64,000 bases of DNA from assembly GCA_963675665.1 (NCBI GenBank), contig OY776510.1, forward strand, positions 1,856,001-1,920,000, given 5' to 3'. The notes under the pieces were generated by a model that was given only the letters and a program-made list of their open reading frames with translations, searched no databases and had not been told where the DNA came from. Below are positions 57,559 to 64,000 of the stretch, piece by piece (position 1 is the first letter of the stretch; each line of letters opens with the position of its first letter). Position numbers and translations under genes: made by a program. This DNA is from Spirochaetia bacterium. Lineage in GTDB: Bacteria; Spirochaetota; Spirochaetia; UBA9216.

Positions 57559-58554
57559 ATGGCTGTTAATATTAAAGGTCGATCATTTTTAACTTTGAAG
57601 GACTTCACCCGTGATGAAATTAATTATCTGCTTGATTTGTCTATAGATCTTAAAAGGAAAAAGAGATCGGGCATCAGGGGGAACCTCCTTGAGCGCAAAA
57701 ATATATGCCTTATTTTTGAAAAAACCTCTACAAGAACAAGATGCGCGTTTGAAACTGCCGCTTTTGACGAAGGCGGAAGCGTTACTTTCCTGACAAACTC
57801 ACAGATGGGAAAAAAAGAATCTATTGAGGATACTGCAAAGGTTCTTGGTCGTTTTTATGACGGAATCGAGTTCCGGGGTTATAAACAGTCAACTGTTGAA
57901 GCTCTTGCGCAGTATTCGGGAGTTCCTGTTTGGAACGGTCTGACGGATTTGTATCATCCTACGCAGGTCCTTGCCGATTTTATGACTATTATGGAGAATA
58001 CGCCTAAACCTCTGAATCAGTGCAAACTTGTATTTGCCGGCGATGCCCGGAACAATGTAGCCAATTCACTGATGATAGGCGCGGCCAAGGTGGGAATGGA
58101 TTTTACAGCAGTTGCGCCGAAAGAACTTTACCCGGATGAAGCTCTTGTTTCAGAGATGCGTGCCATCGCGAAGGGCAGCGGCTCAACAATAGAAATAACA
58201 AGTGATATTGCGACCGGTCTGAAAGGGGCGGATGCCGTTTATACCGATGTCTGGGTTTCGATGGGTGAAGAAGATAAATTTGAAGAGCGGATAAAACTGC
58301 TTGAACCCTATCGTGTTGATATGAAAATGATGAAGGCTTCCGGAAATCCTGAAGTAATCTTCCTGCATTGTCTGCCGTCGTTTCACGATACTGAAACATC
58401 TGTCGGAGCCGAGATTGAAGCCAAATACGGTTTGAAAGAGATGGAAGTAAGCGATGAGGTTTTCAGGGCCCCGTTCTCGAAGGTTTTTGATGAGGCTGAG
58501 AACAGGATGCATACCATAAAAGCTGTTATGGCGGGATCTATCGGGAATTTATAA
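57559..58554 (+). CDS. argF: Ornithine carbamoyltransferase
   Basis: STRTR, HPTQ, DVWVSMG, HCLP, EAENR. Confidence 0.93.
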   Translation: MAVNIKGRSFLTLKDFTRDEINYLLDLSIDLKRKKRSGIRGNLLERKNICLIFEKTSTRTRCAFETAAFDEGGSVTFLTNSQMGKKESIEDTAKVLGRFYDGIEFRGYKQSTVEALAQYSGVPVWNGLTDLYHPTQVLADFMTIMENTPKPLNQCKLVFAGDARNNVANSLMIGAAKVGMDFTAVAPKELYPDEALVSEMRAIAKGSGSTIEITSDIATGLKGADAVYTDVWVSMGEEDKFEERIKLLEPYRVDMKMMKASGNPEVIFLHCLPSFHDTETSVGAEIEAKYGLKEMEVSDEVFRAPFSKVFDEAENRMHTIKAVMAGSIGNL

Positions 58555-58574
58555 TATAAAAGATACGGCCCGGC

Positions 58575-59903
58575 TCAAACAAGCGTTTTCAGGCAGTCTT
58601 CAATGATATTCAGCGCTGTATCAATTTCCTTCTTTGTCACTATCAGCGGGGGAGCAAGCCTTATGCTTGAAACCCCCGCGCCGAGCAGCAGCAGGCCTTT
58701 TTCAAAGGCCGAAGTTATCAGTTTATCGCGTAACTCTTTTACGGGGCTTTTCTCGCCGGGTTTGACAAACTCCACACCGACCATTAACCCGAGGCCGCGG
58801 ATATCACCGACTGCCGGATATTTCTTCTGAATAACCTTTAACTGCTCTTTGAGATAAATCCCCATCTTTTCGGCGTTTTCTACCAGCTTTTCTTCCTTGA
58901 GGACTTTAAGAACCGCTTTTGCAGCCTCCATTATTACAGGGCCGCCGTTGAGGGTTCCTTCATGGGCGCCCGGGTCCCAGTCCATTACCTCCGCCTTCGC
59001 TATTGCGGCGCCCGCAGGAAGGCCGTGCGCAAATGCTTTAGATATTGTAATAATGTCGGGTTCCAGATCGAAATGCTCGCATGCAAACATTTTCCCGGTA
59101 CGTCCGAATCCGGTCTGAACTTCATCAACTATCAGTATGATTCCGTGTTTGTCGCAGATACGCCTGAGCTCCGTAAAAAACTCTTTTGGCGGAACTATAT
59201 AGCCTCCCGAGCCCTGAATAGCTTCAAGGATTATAAAGCTGACCTCGTCGGGCGGAAGGATCTTTTTGAAAATGATATCGGTCATGTAATTCATGCACTC
59301 GAGACCGCATGACGGGTACTCCCTGTTGAACATGCAGCGATAGCAATAGGGATAGGGAGTAAACTGTCCGATAGGGTACATAGGTGCAAAGCCCCTTCTG
59401 CCCTCAACATTGGTGGTTGTAAAACTTATTGCCCCCATTGTCCGGCCGTGAAAGCCGTTGATATAGCCTATTCCGTAAGGCCGCCTGTTATGTGCTTTGG
59501 CCATTTTTATTGCCGTATCAACCGATTCGCTTCCGCTGTTGGTGTAGAATATCTTTTTCCTGAAATTTCCCGGACTTAATGCGCAAATCTGTTCGGCATA
59601 ATCAACCTGCGGTGGTGAGTAGTAATCAAGACTGTTGACAAAGATAAGTTTATCAAGCTGCTTTTTTATCGCTTCAACAACAGCAGGATGTCTGTGACCA
59701 AGTGCTGTAACTGCTATGCCTGAACCGAAATCCAGAAAAACGTTTCCGTCCGGGTCTTCAATATACATTCCCTCGGCGTTTTCTCCTACAAGCGGGGCGC
59801 TTCGCGTAAGAGATCCCGACAGCAGTTTTTCATCTCTTTCAATAACGGCCGAGGCTTTCGGCCCCGGCGGGATTACCTTGATTTCCGGTCCGGAATACGA
59901 CAT
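58575..59903 (-). CDS. Class III PLP aminotransferase (GABA/ornithine/omega-amino acid type)
   Basis: NSGSES, FHGRT, DEVQTGFGRTG, ISK, RLAPPL. Confidence 0.92.
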   Translation of the reverse strand: MSYSGPEIKVIPPGPKASAVIERDEKLLSGSLTRSAPLVGENAEGMYIEDPDGNVFLDFGSGIAVTALGHRHPAVVEAIKKQLDKLIFVNSLDYYSPPQVDYAEQICALSPGNFRKKIFYTNSGSESVDTAIKMAKAHNRRPYGIGYINGFHGRTMGAISFTTTNVEGRRGFAPMYPIGQFTPYPYCYRCMFNREYPSCGLECMNYMTDIIFKKILPPDEVSFIILEAIQGSGGYIVPPKEFFTELRRICDKHGIILIVDEVQTGFGRTGKMFACEHFDLEPDIITISKAFAHGLPAGAAIAKAEVMDWDPGAHEGTLNGGPVIMEAAKAVLKVLKEEKLVENAEKMGIYLKEQLKVIQKKYPAVGDIRGLGLMVGVEFVKPGEKSPVKELRDKLITSAFEKGLLLLGAGVSSIRLAPPLIVTKKEIDTALNIIEDCLKTLV

Positions 59904-59946
59904 GGTCTGCTCCTGTTAAAGAAAATCTCAGGCTTGGAAAATTAGC

Positions 59947-60135
59947 GTGGTCTGACCGCCTGACTTTTAAGCTTATGAGGGAATTCCTTTATAGTCAAGT
60001 TTTTTATCAAAAATTGATATATTAAGCCAAAAATCCTGTCCGGACAACGAATAACAGAATATATCTTATCATTTTTATATTAAAATTTGACAAATCCACA
60101 ATCCGGTTTTACCATAATTAAAGCGGTCAGACCGC
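59947..60135. promoter_or_regulatory. Divergent promoters, each followed by a FadR-type operator GGTCwGACC
   Basis: Minus: TTGACT(59998-93)-17-TAAGCT(59975-70), operator 59947-59. Plus: TTGACA(60087-92)-17-TACCAT(60110-15), operator GCGGTCAGACCGC 60123-35. Confidence 0.8.
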
Positions 60136-60147
60136 GAAGGTGCGGCA

Positions 60148-60870
60148 ATGTTCCAACAGGTTGAAAACAAGAAATATTATATGCAGATAGTTGATCAGAT
60201 AAGGCTTCTGATCGAGAAGGGTACTCTTAAAGTCGGCGACCGGCTTCCTCCCGAACGCGAGTTGTGTCAGAAATTCGGAACAAGCCGTGCGAGCATGCGT
60301 GAAGCGTTCAGCGTCCTTGAAACTCTGGGTATAATCGAGAGCCGAAGCGGGCAGGGGAATTTTATCAGGACTGATATTTCCCAGGTCCCTATCGATAGTG
60401 AATTTGTCAAGTCGCTGCTTATGGATCATGATCCGTTTGAGATCTATGAAACCCGCCTTGAAGTTGAACCGAGTATGGCGGCTTTTGCCGCACAGCGCGC
60501 AACTGAAGATGAAAAGTCTGCTCTCTGCAGTCAGCTGGAACAACTGAATGGTATCGGAGAAAGACTTGAAAGTGACAATATTTTTTTTGAGGATTATATG
60601 GAGGCTGATCGGCGGTTTCATCTGCTGGTCGGCAGAGCAGCACATAATCAGGTCTTGTTCATAGTATTCTCCGCGGTAAACCTGATGATGAAAGAAGACC
60701 ACTGGAAAAAAGTAAAAAGCAAGGGTGTATTAAAGCCGGGGAACCTGCAGATTTACAGAACCGAGCATTCACAGATCTGTGATGCAATATGCAAGGGCCG
60801 GGCCGAAGAAGCCAAGTTATATATGCGCAAACATATTCTGGATATAAGAGAGGATCTATTCAGTAACTGA
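60148..60870 (+). CDS. FadR/GntR-family regulator
   Basis: GDRLPPERELCQKFGTSRASMREA; FCD domain ADRRFH..HN..EH. Confidence 0.95.
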   Translation: MFQQVENKKYYMQIVDQIRLLIEKGTLKVGDRLPPERELCQKFGTSRASMREAFSVLETLGIIESRSGQGNFIRTDISQVPIDSEFVKSLLMDHDPFEIYETRLEVEPSMAAFAAQRATEDEKSALCSQLEQLNGIGERLESDNIFFEDYMEADRRFHLLVGRAAHNQVLFIVFSAVNLMMKEDHWKKVKSKGVLKPGNLQIYRTEHSQICDAICKGRAEEAKLYMRKHILDIREDLFSN

Positions 60871-60900
60871 TAAACGATTGAATAAATTTCTGGAGGGATT

Positions 60901-62976
60901 ATGAAATTACGTATGGGGGTAGACACGGGAGGAACTTTTACCGACTGTGTCGTTATTGACGAAAAGGGAGAGATTCACAGCTTCAAGGAGTTGTCCACAC
61001 CAAAGGACCCATCAATAGGCCTCTATAACGTAATTAAAAAGGCTGCAGGCTACTTCAAAAAAGATTTTAACGATTTCCTGGCCGGGCTTGATTTCTTTGC
61101 TCATGGAACAACGGTAGCTACCAATACCCTGCTTACGGGTACGGGAGCCGTAACCGGGCTGATTCTTACAAAAGGTTTTCGCGATTCTATTGAGATGCGG
61201 CGCGCCCATAAAAACAATATCTGGGACTTGTACCTCCCTGTTCCGACTCCGCTTGTTCCGAGATTTTTAAGAATCGGTATCGATGAACGGATTGATTATA
61301 AGGGTGATGTCGTTAAAAAGATGTCGGAAGAAGATGTTCGCAGGGCCTGCCGGATTTTCAGGCGGAACAATGTTGAAGCGGTTGCCGTCTGCACACTTTT
61401 TTCATTCTTAAATGATGAACATGAAAAACGTATCCGTGAGATTGTATGTGAAGAGCTGCCCAATGTTTTTATCTCGATATCTTCAGAAGTTCTTCCCCAG
61501 ATTCGTGAGTATGAACGTTCCTCGACAACTGTTGCAAATGCATATGTCGGACCCAAACTGACAATATACCTGGAAACCCTTGAAGCGCGTCTTAAAAATG
61601 ACGGCCTGAGCAGGGCTTTTTACGTTACGGCGTCGAACGGCGGAGTAATGACTGCCGACACGGCAATCAGGCACGCTTCGGCCACCCTTCTTTCAGGACC
61701 GGCAGCCGGGGCCGTTGGGGCAATGTATTTTGCCGACCTGCTTGACCGGCGAAATCTTATTCTTATGGACATGGGCGGAACATCTTTCGATGTAACCCTG
61801 ATTCACGATGCCGGTGTTACGCTGAGTACCGAAGGCGAAATAGCAGGTTACCGGGTAGCCAAACCCATGATCGATATACATACCATAGGCGCCGGGGGCG
61901 GTTCGATTGCTTGGATGGACTCCGGCGGAATGCTGAAAGTCGGACCTGCATCGGCGGGCTCCGATCCCGGACCCGTCTGTTACGGAATCGGCGGAAAAGA
62001 ACCTGCAGTAACCGACGCCAATCTTCTGCTTGGCTATCTTAACAAGGATTATTTTCTGGGCGGAGAGATGAAAGTCGATAACGAAGCAGCAGCAGAAGCC
62101 GTAAGGACAAGGATTGCCGAACCCCTGGGGATCAGCGTTCCTGAAGCCGCGCATGGAATTTTCAGAATAATTAATCAGAATATGGCGGACGCTGCAAAGG
62201 TTGTATCGGTGCAGAAAGGTCATGACCCGCGTGAATTCGCTCTTGTAAGCGCAGGAGGCGCCTGTTCAATTCATGCGTGCAAGATTGCCGAAGAGCTCGG
62301 AGCCACATCGGTTATTGTTCCGAAGGCGGCGAGCGTTTTCTGTGCTCTGGGTATGCTTGAGTCCGATATAAAACTCGACAGCGTAAAAACCTATAACGCA
62401 ACCATTCCGGGTATTGATCTGGAAGATTTCAACAGGGTCATAGTCGATGTTGAAAAGAAAGCTCTTGCCGAATTGCTGCAGGAAGGGGTTGAAGCCGGGC
62501 GCGCATCGCTGCTTCGGCACCTGGATATGAGGTATGTCGGCCAGCATCACGAGGTTACGGTGGATATTCCTGCAGGCTGTATGATTGAAGAAAAGCATCT
62601 CGACGAGATTGCCGATTCTTTTCACAGCGCGCATGAAAAACTGTATACGTATTCGACCCCCGAGAGCCAGCTTGAGATTATGGGACTACGCGTGACTGCT
62701 GTAGGAGCCGTCGACAAGGCAGAAGCTGCTCAAATCAGGCAGGAATCAATCGATATAGAAAAAGCTTTCAAGAACAGGCGAAAAGCCTGGTTTGCCGATG
62801 ATTCCGGGACGGGAAGTTTTATTGACGTTGATGTGTACGATCGCAATATGCTTGTTGCCGGACACCGGATTGCAGGCCCGGCTATTGTTGAAGAGCGAAT
62901 TACAACGGTGATAGTTCATCCGGGCTGGATTCTGAGCATTGATGAATATGGAAATATTATAATGGAGGCCGAGTGA
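60901..62976 (+). CDS. Hydantoinase A/oxoprolinase alpha subunit (ATP-dependent lactamase)
   Basis: DTGGTFTD, HGTTVATN, SGPAAG, DMGGTSFD, GAGGGSIA, GPVCYG. Confidence 0.93.
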   Translation: MKLRMGVDTGGTFTDCVVIDEKGEIHSFKELSTPKDPSIGLYNVIKKAAGYFKKDFNDFLAGLDFFAHGTTVATNTLLTGTGAVTGLILTKGFRDSIEMRRAHKNNIWDLYLPVPTPLVPRFLRIGIDERIDYKGDVVKKMSEEDVRRACRIFRRNNVEAVAVCTLFSFLNDEHEKRIREIVCEELPNVFISISSEVLPQIREYERSSTTVANAYVGPKLTIYLETLEARLKNDGLSRAFYVTASNGGVMTADTAIRHASATLLSGPAAGAVGAMYFADLLDRRNLILMDMGGTSFDVTLIHDAGVTLSTEGEIAGYRVAKPMIDIHTIGAGGGSIAWMDSGGMLKVGPASAGSDPGPVCYGIGGKEPAVTDANLLLGYLNKDYFLGGEMKVDNEAAAEAVRTRIAEPLGISVPEAAHGIFRIINQNMADAAKVVSVQKGHDPREFALVSAGGACSIHACKIAEELGATSVIVPKAASVFCALGMLESDIKLDSVKTYNATIPGIDLEDFNRVIVDVEKKALAELLQEGVEAGRASLLRHLDMRYVGQHHEVTVDIPAGCMIEEKHLDEIADSFHSAHEKLYTYSTPESQLEIMGLRVTAVGAVDKAEAAQIRQESIDIEKAFKNRRKAWFADDSGTGSFIDVDVYDRNMLVAGHRIAGPAIVEERITTVIVHPGWILSIDEYGNIIMEAE

Positions 62977-64000
62977 TGAGTGCAGTCAGAAAGAAGGAAT
63001 TTGAAGGCGCTGTAGATCCCATAACACTGTCGGTAATATACAACCGTCTGCTCACAATTAATGAAGAGATGGGGATAACTATGATAAACACCTCGATTTC
63101 TCCCATTTTTGCCGAGGCGCATGATTTTTCCTGTGCAATCTGCGACTGGAACAACCGTATAGTTGCCCAGATAGACGGTGTGCCGTCGCATACCGCTTCA
63201 GCTATGGAGTCGGTTAAAGCGGTAAGCGCCTACTTCGGGGATGATATAAACGACGGCGATGTGTTTGTCTTAAATGATCCTTATTCCGGCGGAACGCATC
63301 TGCCTGATCTGACGATTATGAAGCCGATTTTTTATAAAGGCAGCCTGCAGTTCATTGCCATAAACCGTGCCCATCACGGCGATGTCGGCGGAATTGATCC
63401 GGGATCATACTGCCCGTCGGCTACCGAGCTCTTTCATGAAGGAATAAGGATCCCGCCTCTGAGAATATATCGCGACAACAAACCTGTCATGGATGTTGTT
63501 GATATGATTCGGCTGAACACCAGAATGCCTGATGAACTGTGGGTTGATACGAAAGCAATGGTTGCTTCCTGCCGGGTCGCTGAAAAGCGGATTTACGAGC
63601 TTCTTGACAAGTACGGGGTGGAAATGACCCGCAGTACAATAGAAGAGATTCATCAGTATGCGGAACGCAGAATGAGAAAAGAGATTGAGGCTTTAAAAGA
63701 CGGAACCTATGTGGGCGAAACTTTTCTTGATAATGACGGCCATACCGATGATCCCATCCGCATAAAAGTGTCGATTACGATTAAGGGAGATGAAGCCTTT
63801 GTGGATTTTGACGGTACCGATGACCAGGTAACCGGTTTTATTAATTCACCGATAGCAAATACTGAAACCTGTGTTTATGTTGCCTTTCTGACAACCGTTA
63901 CAACACCGGATATCCCCCATAACGAGGGAGTTTACAGGCCTATTCATATTACCGCCCGCGAAGGTTCGATTGTGAATGCCCAGTTTCCCGCCGCTGTTGT
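62976..64000 (+). CDS. Hydantoinase B/oxoprolinase beta subunit, runs off the window
   Basis: Not in the ORF track; TGATG overlap; MSAVRKKEFEGAVDPITLSVI..EEMG..HDFSC..NDPYSGGTHLPD..HHGDVGG..EGIRIPP. Confidence 0.92.
   Translation, partial: MSAVRKKEFEGAVDPITLSVIYNRLLTINEEMGITMINTSISPIFAEAHDFSCAICDWNNRIVAQIDGVPSHTASAMESVKAVSAYFGDDINDGDVFVLNDPYSGGTHLPDLTIMKPIFYKGSLQFIAINRAHHGDVGGIDPGSYCPSATELFHEGIRIPPLRIYRDNKPVMDVVDMIRLNTRMPDELWVDTKAMVASCRVAEKRIYELLDKYGVEMTRSTIEEIHQYAERRMRKEIEALKDGTYVGETFLDNDGHTDDPIRIKVSITIKGDEAFVDFDGTDDQVTGFINSPIANTETCVYVAFLTTVTTPDIPHNEGVYRPIHITAREGSIVNAQFPAAV

Overview
This is a gene-dense chromosomal window from an anaerobic bacterium, most likely a free-living spirochaete (inferred from the spirochaete-style yajC-secD-secF genes, the 'FAGGQQE' solute-binding lipoprotein N-terminus and the lipoprotein repertoire). 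I found no rRNA, tRNA, CRISPR array, integrase or transposase. Contents in order: a partial PAS protein; a DRTGG/CBS-kinase/PHP regulatory operon; a CsgG/HfaB-like exported protein paired with an Ig plus beta-propeller lipoprotein; an nqrBCDEF-like (Rnf/Nqr hybrid) operon with no nqrA; desulfoferrodoxin and rubredoxin; fumarase; a XylR-regulated GDP-mannose-3,5-epimerase/GHMP-kinase/nucleotidyltransferase operon; an Lrp-regulated NhaC transporter with three tandem saccharopine-dehydrogenase-like genes; an Ldh_2 oxidoreductase and malic enzyme; yajC-secDF; an AT-richer LsrF/LsrB-like sugar cluster; an ornithine carbamoyltransferase; and a FadR-regulated aminotransferase plus hydantoinase/oxoprolinase locus. 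The best candidate for an undescribed system is 29967-32423. It encodes two signal-peptide-bearing phage tail-collar proteins with conserved ends and variable tips, a 63-aa lipoprotein ending in a Trp-Asp motif, and a CsgG-like protein, with no other phage genes. The same pairing of a CsgG-like protein with an 'LPxxNIxDP' lipoprotein recurs at 3359-6091 with different cargo, which suggests a modular surface-display or export system. All family assignments come from motifs recognised by eye; no database searches were run.
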